DNA of 64,000 bases from Escherichia coli (GTDB lineage: Bacteria; Pseudomonadota; Gammaproteobacteria; Enterobacterales; Enterobacteriaceae), in the NCBI RefSeq assembly GCF_050920415.1, contig NZ_CP169309.1; one strand, written 5' to 3'. Both the position numbers and the translations under genes were made by a program. How positions within the stretch are numbered: the first letter of the stretch is position 1; each line of letters opens with the position of its first letter. The notes below the pieces were generated by a model, which saw only the letters and a list, made by a program, of their open reading frames with translations, did not search any database and was not told where the DNA came from. Below are positions 29,372 through 40,591 of the stretch, one piece after another.

Positions 29372-30181
29372 ATGTTTTTTGATGTTTTTCAGCAATACCC
29401 CGCGGCGATGCCCGTCCTGGCTACCGTCGGAGGATTGATTATCGGCAGTTTTTTGAATGTGGTGATTTGGCGTTACCCCATCATGCTGCGCCAACAAATG
29501 GCGGAGTTTCACGGTGAAATGCCGAGTACGCAGTCAAAAATAAGCCTTGCGCTACCGCGTTCGCACTGCCCACATTGTCAGCAGACCATCCGGATACGTG
29601 ACAATATTCCGCTGCTCTCCTGGCTGATGCTCAAAGGGCGCTGCCGTGATTGTCAGGCGAAAATCAGCAAGCGTTATCCGCTGGTGGAGTTATTGACAGC
29701 ACTCGCTTTTTTGCTGGCGAGTCTGGTCTGGCCGGAAAGTGGATGGGCGCTGGCGGTGATGATATTATCCGCCTGGCTGATTGCCGCGAGCATCATTGAC
29801 CTCGATAACCAATGGCTGCCCGATGTTTTTACTCAGGGCGTATTGTGGACCGGGCTGATTGCGGCATGGGTGCAACAGAGTCCGTTAACGCTACAAGACG
29901 CAGTTACCGGCGTCCTGGTGGGATTTATCACTTTTTACTCCCTGCGCTGGATAGCCGGAATAGTTCTGCGTAAAGAAGCATTAGGCATGGGCGATGTATT
30001 ACTCTTCGCCGCGTTAGGTGGCTGGGTGGGCGCGTTGTCGCTGCCCAATGTGGCTTTAATCGCCTCATGCTGCGGCCTGATATATGCCGTTATTACAAAA
30101 AGAGGATCAACCACACTGCCTTTTGGACCGTGTTTAAGTCTGGGCGGTATAGCAACACTTTATCTACAGGCATTGTTTTAA
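29372..30181 (+). CDS. pppA: Prepilin peptidase (GspO/PulO family) for T2SS pseudopilins
   Basis: 269 aa polytopic membrane protein with a cysteine-rich cytoplasmic loop (CPHCQQ...CRDCQ) typical of prepilin peptidases. Confidence 0.9.
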   Translation: MFFDVFQQYPAAMPVLATVGGLIIGSFLNVVIWRYPIMLRQQMAEFHGEMPSTQSKISLALPRSHCPHCQQTIRIRDNIPLLSWLMLKGRCRDCQAKISKRYPLVELLTALAFLLASLVWPESGWALAVMILSAWLIAASIIDLDNQWLPDVFTQGVLWTGLIAAWVQQSPLTLQDAVTGVLVGFITFYSLRWIAGIVLRKEALGMGDVLLFAALGGWVGALSLPNVALIASCCGLIYAVITKRGSTTLPFGPCLSLGGIATLYLQALF

Positions 30182-30246
30182 TGATAACCCCGTCATTATC
30201 AAAGTGACATTTTAACTCTTATTAATAACCTTGGAGATTATTTACC

Positions 30247-30657
30247 ATGTCGATAAAACAGATGCCAGGGAGGGTATTAATATCGCTATTGTTGAGCGTT
30301 ACAGGATTATTAAGTGGCTGTGCCAGCCATAATGAAAATGCCAGTTTACTGGCGAAAAAACAGGCGCAAAATATCAGCCAAAACCTGCCGATTAAATCTG
30401 CGGGATATACCTTAGTGCTGGCGCAAAGTAGCGGCACGACGGTAAAAATGACCATTATCAGCGAAGCGGGTGCTCAGACCACGCAGACGCCAGACGCCTT
30501 TTTAACCAGCTACCAACGACAAATGTGCGCTGACCCGACGGTGAAATTAATGCTCACTGAGGGAATTAATTACAGCATAACGATTAATGATACACGTACA
30601 GGTAACCAGTATCAGCGGAAACTGGATCGCACCACCTGTGGAATAGTCAAAGCATAA
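30247..30657 (+). CDS. yghG: Small outer-membrane lipoprotein YghG, T2SS-beta secretin pilotin-like
   Basis: 136 aa, signal peptide with lipobox LLSGC. Conserved position between pppA and gspC. Confidence 0.8.
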   Translation: MSIKQMPGRVLISLLLSVTGLLSGCASHNENASLLAKKQAQNISQNLPIKSAGYTLVLAQSSGTTVKMTIISEAGAQTTQTPDAFLTSYQRQMCADPTVKLMLTEGINYSITINDTRTGNQYQRKLDRTTCGIVKA

Positions 30658-30672
30658 CGTCGGGTATATAAA

Positions 30673-31626
30673 TTGGCGCGGGTTGTTTTTCGTGACGCAC
30701 GAATTTATCTCATTCAATGGCTGACTAAAATTCGTCACACTCTTAACCAGAGACAATCTCTTAATACAAACAAAGAGCATCTTCGCAAAATTGTACGCGC
30801 GATGTTCTGGCTGATGCTGCTTATTATTTCTGCAAAAATGGCGTATTCACTCTGGCGCTATTTCTCCTTTTCTGCGGAATATACGGCGGTTTCTCCATCG
30901 GTGAATAAACAGCCCCATGCGGATGTAAAAACGTTCGATAAAAAAGATGTGCAATTAATCAGCCAGCAAAACTGGTTTGGTAAATATCAGCGCGTCGCCA
31001 CACCGGTAAAGCAACCTGAACCTGTAGCAGAAACGCGTCTTAATGTGGTGCTGCGCGGGATCGCCTTTGGTGCCAGACCCGGCGCGGTTATTGAAGAAGG
31101 TGGCAAACAGCAGGTCTATTTGCAGGGTGAACGGCTTGGCTCTCACAACGCATTGATTGAGGAAATCAATCGCGACCATGTGATGCTGCGCTATCAGGGA
31201 AAAATAGAGCGGCTCAGTCTGGCAGAAGAGGAGCGTTCCACCGTAGCCGTGACCAACAAAAAAGCCGTCAGTGACGAAGCAAAGCAAGCTGTTGCTGAGC
31301 CTGCTACCCGTGCGCCCGTTGAGATCCCGGCTGCTGTGCGTCAGGCACTGGCGAAAGATCCGCAGAAAATTTTTAACTATATCCAGCTTACGCCTGTGCG
31401 TAAGGAGGGAATTGTCGGTTATGCAGTGAAGCCGGGGGCAGATCGTTCTCTGTTCGATGCCAGCGGTTTCAGGGAAGGCGATATCGCCATTGCGCTCAAT
31501 CAGCAGGATTTCACTGATCCACGAGCAATGATTGCTCTGATGCGGCAGTTACCTTCAATGGATTCCATTCAACTTACGGTTTTACGCAAGGGTGCGCGCT
31601 ACGACATTTCCATCGCGCTGCGCTAA
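30673..31626 (+). CDS. gspC: T2SS protein GspC
   Basis: TM segment near the N-terminus, then a Pro/Ala-rich linker and C-terminal PDZ-like region. Precedes gspD. The start codon is uncertain (track start is TTG). Confidence 0.8.
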   Translation: MARVVFRDARIYLIQWLTKIRHTLNQRQSLNTNKEHLRKIVRAMFWLMLLIISAKMAYSLWRYFSFSAEYTAVSPSVNKQPHADVKTFDKKDVQLISQQNWFGKYQRVATPVKQPEPVAETRLNVVLRGIAFGARPGAVIEEGGKQQVYLQGERLGSHNALIEEINRDHVMLRYQGKIERLSLAEEERSTVAVTNKKAVSDEAKQAVAEPATRAPVEIPAAVRQALAKDPQKIFNYIQLTPVRKEGIVGYAVKPGADRSLFDASGFREGDIAIALNQQDFTDPRAMIALMRQLPSMDSIQLTVLRKGARYDISIALR

Positions 31627-31655
31627 CCGCATTTAATCCAGGAGAATCATTCATC

Positions 31656-33716
31656 GTGTTTTGGCGTGATATTACGTTGTCGGTCTGGCGTAAGAAGACA
31701 ACTGGCCTCAAAACAAAAAAGCGTTTACTGCCGCTGGTGCTGGCAGCGGTATTATGCAGTTCACCGGTCTGGGCGGAAGAAGCCACTTTCACCGCTAATT
31801 TTAAAGATACCGACCTGAAATCGTTCATCGAAACCGTCGGCGCTAACCTTAATAAAACCATCATTATGGGGCCGGGCGTACAGGGGAAAGTGAGTATTCG
31901 TACCATGACTCCGCTCAATGAACGCCAGTATTACCAGCTATTCCTTAACCTGCTGGAAGCACAGGGGTATGCCGTCGTACCGATGGAAAACGACGTGCTG
32001 AAGGTGGTGAAATCCAGCGCCGCGAAAGTCGAGCCACTGCCGCTGGTCGGTGAAGGCAGCGACAACTACGCGGGCGATGAAATGGTCACTAAAGTAGTGC
32101 CGGTACGCAATGTTTCGGTACGAGAGCTGGCGCCGATCCTGCGCCAGATGATCGATAGCGCTGGCTCAGGCAACGTTGTTAATTACGATCCCTCCAACGT
32201 GATTATGCTCACCGGGCGCGCCTCCGTCGTGGAACGGCTGACAGAAGTGATCCAGCGCGTGGATCATGCGGGAAACCGCACCGAAGAGGTGATCCCGCTG
32301 GATAACGCCTCGGCCTCGGAAATTGCCCGCGTGCTGGAAAGCCTGACCAAAAACAGCGGCGAGAACCAGCCTGCGACGCTGAAATCTCAAATTGTCGCCG
32401 ACGAACGCACCAACAGCGTGATTGTCAGTGGTGACCCTGCCACGCGAGACAAAATGCGCCGCCTGATCCGTCGGCTGGACTCAGAAATGGAGCGCAGCGG
32501 CAACAGCCAGGTGTTCTATCTCAAATACAGCAAAGCCGAAGATCTGGTCGATGTGTTGAAACAGGTCAGCGGCACGCTCACAGCGGCTAAAGAAGAGGCG
32601 GAAGGCACGGTTGGTAGCGGGCGTGAGGTTGTCTCCATCGCCGCCAGCAAACACAGTAATGCCCTGATTGTCACCGCGCCGCAGGACATCATGCAGTCGC
32701 TGCAAAGCGTGATTGAACAACTGGATATTCGCCGTGCTCAGGTGCATGTCGAGGCGTTGATCGTGGAAGTTGCCGAAGGCAGCAATATCAACTTCGGCGT
32801 GCAGTGGGCGTCGAAAGATGCCGGATTAATGCAGTTTGCTAACGGTACGCAGATCCCTATCGGTACGCTGGGCGCAGCCATTTCTCAGGCGAAACCGCAG
32901 AAAGGTTCAACGGTGATCAGCGAAAACGGTGCCACCACCATTAACCCGGATACTAACGGCGATCTCTCCACGCTCGCCCAGCTTCTTTCTGGCTTTAGCG
33001 GTACGGCGGTTGGCGTGGTGAAAGGCGACTGGATGGCGCTGGTACAGGCGGTTAAAAACGACTCCAGCTCGAACGTTCTCTCCACGCCGAGCATCACTAC
33101 GCTGGACAACCAGGAAGCCTTCTTCATGGTGGGTCAGGATGTTCCGGTATTAACCGGCTCTACCGTTGGCTCCAATAACAGCAATCCTTTCAATACAGTA
33201 GAAAGGAAAAAAGTCGGCATCATGCTGAAAGTCACGCCGCAGATTAACGAAGGAAACGCGGTACAGATGGTGATTGAGCAGGAAGTGTCGAAGGTGGAAG
33301 GACAGACCAGCCTCGACGTCGTGTTTGGCGAGCGCAAACTGAAAACCACCGTGCTGGCAAACGATGGTGAGCTGATCGTGCTTGGCGGTCTGATGGACGA
33401 TCAGGCGGGAGAAAGCGTGGCGAAAGTGCCGCTGCTTGGCGATATCCCATTGATTGGTAACCTGTTTAAATCGACGGCGGATAAAAAAGAAAAACGTAAT
33501 CTGATGGTGTTTATCCGCCCGACCATTCTGCGTGATGGTATGGCGGCAGACGGCGTGTCGCAGCGCAAATATAACTATATGCGCGCCGAACAGATCTATC
33601 GCGATGAGCAGGGCTTAAGCCTGATGCCGCACACCGCGCAGCCGGTACTGCCAGCGCAAAATCAGGCTCTACCGCCGGAAGTTCGTGCGTTCCTTAATGC
33701 CGGGAGAACGCGTTAA
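31656..33716 (+). CDS. gspD: T2SS secretin GspD
   Basis: 686 aa, GTG start with AGGAGA RBS, signal peptide [17 protein letters not shown]. Secretin C-domain ([14 protein letters not shown]). Confidence 0.9.
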   Translation: MFWRDITLSVWRKKTTGLKTKKRLLPLVLAAVLCSSPVWAEEATFTANFKDTDLKSFIETVGANLNKTIIMGPGVQGKVSIRTMTPLNERQYYQLFLNLLEAQGYAVVPMENDVLKVVKSSAAKVEPLPLVGEGSDNYAGDEMVTKVVPVRNVSVRELAPILRQMIDSAGSGNVVNYDPSNVIMLTGRASVVERLTEVIQRVDHAGNRTEEVIPLDNASASEIARVLESLTKNSGENQPATLKSQIVADERTNSVIVSGDPATRDKMRRLIRRLDSEMERSGNSQVFYLKYSKAEDLVDVLKQVSGTLTAAKEEAEGTVGSGREVVSIAASKHSNALIVTAPQDIMQSLQSVIEQLDIRRAQVHVEALIVEVAEGSNINFGVQWASKDAGLMQFANGTQIPIGTLGAAISQAKPQKGSTVISENGATTINPDTNGDLSTLAQLLSGFSGTAVGVVKGDWMALVQAVKNDSSSNVLSTPSITTLDNQEAFFMVGQDVPVLTGSTVGSNNSNPFNTVERKKVGIMLKVTPQINEGNAVQMVIEQEVSKVEGQTSLDVVFGERKLKTTVLANDGELIVLGGLMDDQAGESVAKVPLLGDIPLIGNLFKSTADKKEKRNLMVFIRPTILRDGMAADGVSQRKYNYMRAEQIYRDEQGLSLMPHTAQPVLPAQNQALPPEVRAFLNAGRTR

Positions 33717-35209
33717 TGGTGCCTGTAGCACAGGAAACCACCGCTAACACCGTGCGTCTGCCCTACAGTTTCAGCCGTCGGTTTAGTCTGGTGGCATGGT
33801 GCGAAGCGTCGCTGGAGATCCTCCATGTGCATCCGTTGTCGCTCTCTGTTTTGCAGGAGCTGCAACGGGGGCTGAACGCGCCCTTTACGCTGCGGCAAAT
33901 CGACGAAGCCGAATTTGAACAGCGGCTGAATGCGGTCTGGCAGCGGGACTCTTCCGAAGCTCGCCAGCTGATGGAAGATCTCGGTTCCGCCGAGGACTTT
34001 TTTACCCTCGCTGAAGAACTGCCGGAAACGGAAGATCTGCTGGAAAGTGACGACGATGCGCCAATCATCAAACTGATCAACGCCATGTTGGCAGAGGCGA
34101 TTAAAGAAGGCGCTTCGGATATCCACATCGAGACATTTGAAAAGAGTCTGGTGATCCGTTTTCGTGTTGACGGCACATTACATGAAATGCTGCGCCCGGG
34201 GCGCAAACTGGCCTCGCTGCTGGTATCACGTATTAAGGTGATGGCGCGGCTGGATATCGCCGAAAAGCGCGTACCGCAGGATGGCCGTATTGCGCTGCTG
34301 CTGGGTGGTCGGGCGATTGACGTGCGTGTCTCCACTATGCCTTCCGCCTGGGGCGAGCGCGTGGTGCTGCGACTGCTGGACAAAAACCAGGCCCGCCTGA
34401 CGCTGGAGCGTCTGGGTTTAAGTCAGCAACTGACCGCGCAGCTGCGCCAGTTACTGCACAAACCGCACGGCATCTTTCTGGTGACGGGGCCGACAGGTTC
34501 CGGCAAAAGCACCACGCTGTACGCCGGATTGCAGGAGCTGAACAACCACTCGCGCAACATTCTCACGGTTGAAGACCCCATCGAATACATGATTGAAGGG
34601 ATCGGTCAGACACAGGTTAACACCCGCGTCGGCATGACCTTCGCCCGTGGCCTGCGCGCGATTTTGCGTCAGGACCCGGATGTGGTGATGGTCGGTGAAA
34701 TCCGCGATACCGAAACCGCAGAAATCGCCGTCCAGGCGTCATTGACCGGACACCTGGTTCTTTCCACGCTGCATACCAACACGGCGGTGGGGGCGATCAC
34801 GCGTTTGCAGGATATGGGCGTTGAGCCTTTCCTGCTCTCTTCCAGCCTGACGGGCGTGATGGCGCAGCGACTTGTTCGCACACTGTGCACCGACTGCCGC
34901 CAGCCCGCGCCTGCCACTGATGAAGAAAAACGCCTGCTGGGAATTACCGACGTGCGTACCGTCACGCTGTACCATCCGCAGGGCTGCCCCGCCTGTAATC
35001 ACAAAGGTTTTCGCGGGCGTACTGCCATCCATGAGCTGATCGTGGTAGACGCCACATTGCGTGATTTGATCCACCGTCAGGCCGGGGAACTGGAGCTGGA
35101 ACGTTATGTCCGGCAACACTCTGCGGGTATCCGCAGCAACGGCATTGAGAAAGTGCTTGCCGGAGAAACCTCTCTCGATGAAGTGCTGCGGGTAACGATG
35201 GAGGCGTAA
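33716..35209 (+). CDS. gspE: T2SS ATPase GspE
   Basis: 497 aa. Walker [10 protein letters not shown] and C-terminal tetracysteine (CTDC...CPAC). Start overlaps the gspD stop (TAATG). Confidence 0.95.
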   Translation: MVPVAQETTANTVRLPYSFSRRFSLVAWCEASLEILHVHPLSLSVLQELQRGLNAPFTLRQIDEAEFEQRLNAVWQRDSSEARQLMEDLGSAEDFFTLAEELPETEDLLESDDDAPIIKLINAMLAEAIKEGASDIHIETFEKSLVIRFRVDGTLHEMLRPGRKLASLLVSRIKVMARLDIAEKRVPQDGRIALLLGGRAIDVRVSTMPSAWGERVVLRLLDKNQARLTLERLGLSQQLTAQLRQLLHKPHGIFLVTGPTGSGKSTTLYAGLQELNNHSRNILTVEDPIEYMIEGIGQTQVNTRVGMTFARGLRAILRQDPDVVMVGEIRDTETAEIAVQASLTGHLVLSTLHTNTAVGAITRLQDMGVEPFLLSSSLTGVMAQRLVRTLCTDCRQPAPATDEEKRLLGITDVRTVTLYHPQGCPACNHKGFRGRTAIHELIVVDATLRDLIHRQAGELELERYVRQHSAGIRSNGIEKVLAGETSLDEVLRVTMEA

Positions 35210-36432
35210 TGGCACTGTTTTACTATCAGGCGTTACAGCGTAATGGTCGCAAAACCAAAGGTATGATTGAGGCGGATTCCGCGCGTCATGCCCGCCAGTT
35301 GTTGCGCGGTAAAGAGCTTATCCCCGTACACATTGAAGCCCGGATGAATGCTTCGTCAGGGGGAATGTTGCAGCGTCGGCGACACGCACATCGTCGTGTG
35401 GCGGCGGCAGATCTGGCGCTGTTCACTCGCCAACTGGCAACGCTGGTGCAGGCAGCAATGCCGCTGGAAACCTGCTTACAGGCGGTCAGTGAGCAAAGTG
35501 AAAAACTGCATGTAAAAAGCCTCGGAATGGCGCTACGCAGCCGGATTCAGGAAGGTTACACCCTGTCGGACAGCCTGCGCGAACATCCCCGCGTCTTTGA
35601 CTCCCTGTTTTGTTCGATGGTGGCTGCCGGAGAAAAATCCGGGCATCTCGACGTGGTGCTCAATCGCCTGGCGGATTACACCGAACAGCGACAGCGCCTG
35701 AAATCACGCCTGCTGCAGGCCATGCTCTATCCGCTGGTACTGCTGGTGGTGGCAACGGGCGTGGTCACTATTTTGCTGACGGCGGTGGTGCCGAAAATTA
35801 TCGAACAGTTTGATCATCTCGGACTCGCGCTGCCTGCCTCCACCCGCGCTCTTATCGCTATGAGCGACGCGTTGCAGACCAGCGGCGTTTACTGGCTGGC
35901 GGGTCTGCTAGGGCTTCTGGTGCTGGGGCAACGACTACTCAAAAATCCTGCTATGCGCCTGCGCTGGGATAAAACCTTGCTGCGTCTTCCCGTGACGGGG
36001 CGTGTTGCGCGCGGACTGAATACGGCGCGCTTTTCCCGCACCTTAAGCATCCTCACCGCCAGCAGTGTTCCGTTGCTGGAAGGCATTCAGACCGCCGCTG
36101 CCGTGTCGGCAAATCGCTATGTCGAGCAACAACTGCTGCTGGCGGCAGATCGCGTCCGCGAAGGAAGCAGCTTGCGCGCTGCGCTGGCGGAGTTGAGCCT
36201 GTTCCCGCCGATGATGCTGTACATGATCGCCTCCGGCGAACAGAGCGGTGAACTGGAAACCATGCTTGAACAGGCCGCAGTCAACCAGGAACGGGAATTT
36301 GATACCCAGGTGGGGCTGGCGTTAGGGCTGTTTGAGCCTGCTCTGGTGGTGGTGATGGCGGGTGTGGTGCTGTTTATCGTCATCGCCATCCTCGAGCCGA
36401 TGCTGCAACTGAACAATATGGTTGGAATGTAA
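35209..36432 (+). CDS. gspF: T2SS inner-membrane platform protein GspF
   Basis: 407 aa, three TM segments with two cytoplasmic domains. TAATG overlap with gspE. Confidence 0.9.
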   Translation: MALFYYQALQRNGRKTKGMIEADSARHARQLLRGKELIPVHIEARMNASSGGMLQRRRHAHRRVAAADLALFTRQLATLVQAAMPLETCLQAVSEQSEKLHVKSLGMALRSRIQEGYTLSDSLREHPRVFDSLFCSMVAAGEKSGHLDVVLNRLADYTEQRQRLKSRLLQAMLYPLVLLVVATGVVTILLTAVVPKIIEQFDHLGLALPASTRALIAMSDALQTSGVYWLAGLLGLLVLGQRLLKNPAMRLRWDKTLLRLPVTGRVARGLNTARFSRTLSILTASSVPLLEGIQTAAAVSANRYVEQQLLLAADRVREGSSLRAALAELSLFPPMMLYMIASGEQSGELETMLEQAAVNQEREFDTQVGLALGLFEPALVVVMAGVVLFIVIAILEPMLQLNNMVGM

Positions 36433-36448
36433 TTTACGGAGTTATCAC

Positions 36449-36904
36449 ATGAATTCGTTATCCCGCACACAAGAACCACGGGCAGGTTTTACCCTGCTGG
36501 AAGTGATGGTGGTGATTGTTATTCTTGGCGTCCTGGCAAGTCTGGTGGTGCCTAACCTTTTGGGCAACAAAGAGAAAGCAGATCGGCAAAAAGCCATCAG
36601 CGATATCGTGGCGCTGGAGAACGCGCTGGATATGTATCGACTGGATAACGGGCGTTATCCGACCACCGAACAGGGGCTTGAGGCGCTGATCCAGCAACCG
36701 GCCAATATGGCGGACTCCCGCAACTACCGTCCTGGTGGATACATCAAACGGCTGCCAAAGGATCCGTGGGGCAATGATTATCAGTATCTCAGCCCGGGTG
36801 AAAAAGGACTGTTTGATGTTTACACCTTAGGGGCGGATGGTCAGGAAAACGGGGAAGGTGCTGGCGCAGATATCGGTAACTGGAATTTGCAGGAGTTTCA
36901 GTAA
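36449..36904 (+). CDS. gspG: T2SS major pseudopilin GspG
   Basis: Start at the ATG at 36449 (RBS GGAG). Prepilin leader and cleavage site ...RAGFTLLEVMVVIVILGVLASLVVPN. Confidence 0.9.
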   Translation: MNSLSRTQEPRAGFTLLEVMVVIVILGVLASLVVPNLLGNKEKADRQKAISDIVALENALDMYRLDNGRYPTTEQGLEALIQQPANMADSRNYRPGGYIKRLPKDPWGNDYQYLSPGEKGLFDVYTLGADGQENGEGAGADIGNWNLQEFQ

Positions 36905-36907
36905 TCA

Positions 36908-37471
36908 GTGCCCAAACGTGGATTCACTCTTCTGGAAATCATGCTGGTGATTTTCCTTATCGGCCTTGCCAGTGCGGGCGTGGTACAGACTTTTGCGAGC
37001 CGTTCTGAACCGCCCGCGAAAAAAGCGGCGCAGGATTTCCTGGCCCGCTTTGCGCAGTTTAAGGACAGGGCAGTGATCGAAGGGCAAACACTCGGTGTGC
37101 TAATCGACCCGCCTGGCTATCAGTTTATGCAGCGTCGTCACGGGCAGTGGTTGCCCGTTTCTGCGACCCGGTTATCGGCACAGGTTACGGTGGCGAAACA
37201 GGTGCAGATGCTGTTACAACCCGGCAGTGATATCTGGCAGAAGGAATATGCGCTGGAGCTGCAGCGTCGCCGCCTGACGCTGCACGATATTGAACTGGAG
37301 CTGCAAAAAGAGGCGAAAAAGAAGACGCCGCAGATCCGTTTTTCTCCTTTTGAACCCGCCGCGCCGTTTACGCTGCGCTTCTACTCGGCGGCGCAAAACG
37401 CGTGTTGGGCGGTAAAGCTGGCGCACGATGGCGCGTTATCCCTCAATCAATGTGATGAGAGGATGCCATGA
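36908..37471 (+). CDS. gspH: T2SS minor pseudopilin GspH
   Basis: GTG start, MPKRGFTLLEIMLVIFLIGL prepilin motif. Confidence 0.85.
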   Translation: MPKRGFTLLEIMLVIFLIGLASAGVVQTFASRSEPPAKKAAQDFLARFAQFKDRAVIEGQTLGVLIDPPGYQFMQRRHGQWLPVSATRLSAQVTVAKQVQMLLQPGSDIWQKEYALELQRRRLTLHDIELELQKEAKKKTPQIRFSPFEPAAPFTLRFYSAAQNACWAVKLAHDGALSLNQCDERMP

Positions 37472-37839
37472 AGCGCGGATTTACCTTGCTGGAAGTGATG
37501 ATCGCACTGGCGATTTTTGCGCTGGCTGCCACGGCGGTGTTACAGATTGCCAGCGGTGCGCTGAGTAATCAGCAAATCCTTGAGGAAAAAACGGTAGCGG
37601 GCTGGGTAGCTGAAAACCAGACCGCACTGCTCTACCTGATGACCCGTGAACAACGAGCGGTCAGGCACCAGGGCGAGAGTGATATGGCTGGAAGCCGCTG
37701 GTACTGGCGAACCACACCGCTGAATACCGGTAACGCGCTGCTCCAGGCGGTGGATATTGAAGTCAGTCTTCATGAAGACTTTTCGTCGGTGATTCAGTCA
37801 CGACGCGCCTGGTTTAGCGCCGTGGGAGGCCAACAGTGA
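37468..37839 (+). CDS. gspI: T2SS minor pseudopilin GspI
   Basis: MKRGFTLLEVMIALAIF prepilin motif. ATGA overlap with gspH. Confidence 0.85.
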   Translation: MKRGFTLLEVMIALAIFALAATAVLQIASGALSNQQILEEKTVAGWVAENQTALLYLMTREQRAVRHQGESDMAGSRWYWRTTPLNTGNALLQAVDIEVSLHEDFSSVIQSRRAWFSAVGGQQ

Positions 37840-38441
37840 GAAGGACTCGCGCTGGTTTCACGTTACTGGAAATGCTGGTGGCAATCGCCATTTTTGCCTC
37901 GCTGGCACTGATGGCACAGCAGGTGACAAACGGCGTCACACGCGTGAATAGCGCCGTCGCCGGACACGATCAAAAACTGAACCTCATGCAGCAAACGATG
38001 AGTTTTCTGACCCACGATCTGACACAAATGATGCCGCGTCCGGTAAGAGGCGATCAGGGTCAGCGAGAACCTGCGTTACTGGCGGGCGCTGGCGTGCTGG
38101 CCTCTGAGAGTGAAGGAATACGCTTTGTGCGCGGCGGTGTGGTTAATCCATTGATGCGTCTGCCGCGCAGTAATCTGCTCACCGTCGGTTACCGCATTCA
38201 TGACGGTTATCTCGAACGGTTAGCCTGGCCGCTGACCGATGCCGCAGGCAGCGTGAAGCCAACAACGCAAAAGTTGATTCCGGCGGATTCACTTCGTTTG
38301 CAGTTTTACGACGGCACTCGCTGGCAGGAAACCTGGTCATCAGTGCAGGCGATCCCTGTGGCAGTGCGCATGACTCTGCATTCGCCGCAATGGGGCGAGA
38401 TTGAACGCATCTGGTTGTTACGCGGGCCGCAATTATCATGA
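37836..38441 (+). CDS. gspJ: T2SS minor pseudopilin GspJ
   Basis: GTG start, AGFTLLEMLVAIAIF prepilin motif. Confidence 0.85.
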   Translation: MRRTRAGFTLLEMLVAIAIFASLALMAQQVTNGVTRVNSAVAGHDQKLNLMQQTMSFLTHDLTQMMPRPVRGDQGQREPALLAGAGVLASESEGIRFVRGGVVNPLMRLPRSNLLTVGYRIHDGYLERLAWPLTDAAGSVKPTTQKLIPADSLRLQFYDGTRWQETWSSVQAIPVAVRMTLHSPQWGEIERIWLLRGPQLS

Positions 38442-39415
38442 TCACCTCACCACCAAAACGCGGAATGGCACTGGTCGTGGTGCTGGTATTGCTGGCGGTC
38501 ATGATGCTGGTAACCATCACGCTTTCCGGGCGGATGCAGCAACAACTTGGGCGAACGCGCAGCCAGCAGGAGTACCAGCAGGCGCTGTGGTATAGCGCCA
38601 GTGCAGAAAGCCTCGCGCTGAGCGCACTCAGTCTGAGCCTGAAAAATGAAAAGCGCGTGCATCTGGCGCAGCCGTGGGCTTCCGGCCCTCGTTTGTTGCC
38701 ACTGCCGCAGGGGCAAATTGCCGTCACTCTGCGTGACGCTCAGGCCTGCTTTAACCTGAATGCCCTTGCTCAACCAACAACGGCGTCGCGTCCGCTCGCG
38801 GTACAACAACTGATTGCCCTGATCTCGCGCCTGGATGTGCCTGCTTATCGGGCCGAACTGATAGCCGAAAGCCTGTGGGAATTTATTGACGAGGACCGCA
38901 GCGTGCAGACGCGTCTGGGCCGTGAAGACAGCGAGTATCTCGCCCGTTCGGTACCGTTCTACGCCGCGAATCAACCGCTGACCGATATCAGCGAAATGCG
39001 CGTGGTACAGGGAATGGACGCCGGCCTTTATCAAAAACTCAAACCGCTGGTCTGTGCGCTGCCGATGACCCACCAGCAAATCAACATCAATACCTTAGAC
39101 GTCACGCAAAGTGTGATTCTTGAGGCGCTGTTTGACCCGTGGTTAAGCCCTGTTCAGGCGCGGGCGTTATTACAACAACGTCCTGCGAAGGGCTGGGAAG
39201 ATGTCGATCAGTTTCTCGCACAGCCGCTACTCGTTGACGTCGATGAGCGTACTAAAAAAAAGCTAAAAACCGTCCTGAGCGTGGACAGCAATTACTTCTG
39301 GCTGCGTTCAGATATCACCGTGAATGAGATTGAACTGACGATGAATTCGTTAATTGTCCGCATGGGCCCACAACATTTTTCGGTTCTCTGGCATCAGACA
39401 GGAGAAAGTGAGTGA
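38438..39415 (+). CDS. gspK: T2SS minor pseudopilin GspK
   Basis: 325 aa, N-terminal hydrophobic segment GMALVVVLVLLAVMMLV. Conserved position. Confidence 0.85.
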   Translation: MITSPPKRGMALVVVLVLLAVMMLVTITLSGRMQQQLGRTRSQQEYQQALWYSASAESLALSALSLSLKNEKRVHLAQPWASGPRLLPLPQGQIAVTLRDAQACFNLNALAQPTTASRPLAVQQLIALISRLDVPAYRAELIAESLWEFIDEDRSVQTRLGREDSEYLARSVPFYAANQPLTDISEMRVVQGMDAGLYQKLKPLVCALPMTHQQININTLDVTQSVILEALFDPWLSPVQARALLQQRPAKGWEDVDQFLAQPLLVDVDERTKKKLKTVLSVDSNYFWLRSDITVNEIELTMNSLIVRMGPQHFSVLWHQTGESE

Positions 39416-40590
39416 GTTCCATCCTTGAGATTTATTTCCCGCTTTGCGCCGCTGATCCCCTCCGTTGGCAACGCCGTACACACGACGTGGTGCACGGTAT
39501 CTGGCCTGACGTTGCTGACGAACGTCTCCAGCAATGGCTGCAAACTGATGCGATTCGACTCTACATTCCCGGCGAATGGATCAGCATCTGGCAGGTTGAA
39601 CTGCCTGATGTCGCACGTAAGCAGATACCGACTATTCTGCCCGCCTTACTGGAAGAAGAACTGAACCAGGATATCGACGAACTGCATTTTGCGCCGTTGA
39701 AAATCGACCAGCAACTGGCAACCGTGGCAGTGATTCACCAGCAGCATATGCGCAACATTGCGCAGTGGTTGCAGACAAACGGCATTACCCGCGCCACCGT
39801 TGCACCGGACTGGATGTCCATTCCTTGTGGATTTATGGCTGGCGATGCACAGCGAATTATTTGCCGCATCGATGAATGCCGGGGATGGAGCGCCGGGCGG
39901 GCGCTGGCTCCGCTCATGTTCCGCGCACAGCTCAATGAGCAGGCGTCTCCGCTTTCGCTGACCGTAGTCGGAATCGCGCCGGAAGAGCTATCTGCATGGG
40001 CTGGCCCAGACGCTGAACGTCTGACAGTGACGGCCCTGCCAGCCGTTACCACTTATGGCGAACCGGAAGGGAACCTGCTAACAGGGCCGTGGCAGCCTCG
40101 CGTCAGCTACCGAAAACAGTGGGCGCGCTGGCGGGTGATGATTCTGCCGATATTGCTGATTCTGGTTGCGCTGGCAGTGGAACGGGGCGTGACGTTATGG
40201 AGCGTCAGCGAACAGGTGGCGCAAAGCCGCACCCAGGCGGAGAAACAGTTCTTAACGCTATTCCCGGAGCAGAAGCGGATTGTGAATTTACGCTCTCAGG
40301 TGACGATGGCGCTGAAAAAATATCGCCCACAGACCGACGAAACCGATCTGCTCGCTGAGTTGTCAGCGATTGCCAGCACGCTGAAATCAGCGTCACTTTC
40401 CGACATTGAGATGCGTGGTTTCACCTTTGATCAAAAACGCCAGACGCTTCATCTCCAGTTGCGGGCCGCAAACTTTGCCAGCTTCGACAAACTGCGTAGC
40501 GCACTGGCGGCAGATTATGTTGTGCAACAGGACGCGTTACAGAAAGAGGGTGATGCGGTTTCCGGCGGCGTAACGTTGCGGAGGAAATAA
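39412..40590 (+). CDS. gspL: T2SS inner-membrane protein GspL
   Basis: 392 aa, GTG start overlapping the gspK stop. Cytoplasmic N-domain, single TM (WRVMILPILLILVALAV), periplasmic C-domain. Confidence 0.85.
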   Translation: MSSILEIYFPLCAADPLRWQRRTHDVVHGIWPDVADERLQQWLQTDAIRLYIPGEWISIWQVELPDVARKQIPTILPALLEEELNQDIDELHFAPLKIDQQLATVAVIHQQHMRNIAQWLQTNGITRATVAPDWMSIPCGFMAGDAQRIICRIDECRGWSAGRALAPLMFRAQLNEQASPLSLTVVGIAPEELSAWAGPDAERLTVTALPAVTTYGEPEGNLLTGPWQPRVSYRKQWARWRVMILPILLILVALAVERGVTLWSVSEQVAQSRTQAEKQFLTLFPEQKRIVNLRSQVTMALKKYRPQTDETDLLAELSAIASTLKSASLSDIEMRGFTFDQKRQTLHLQLRAANFASFDKLRSALAADYVVQQDALQKEGDAVSGGVTLRRK

Positions 40591-40591
40591 C

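Noticed and set aside
33763-34383. 206 aa serine/arginine-rich minus-strand ORF
   Set aside because: Antisense within gspE; no motif.
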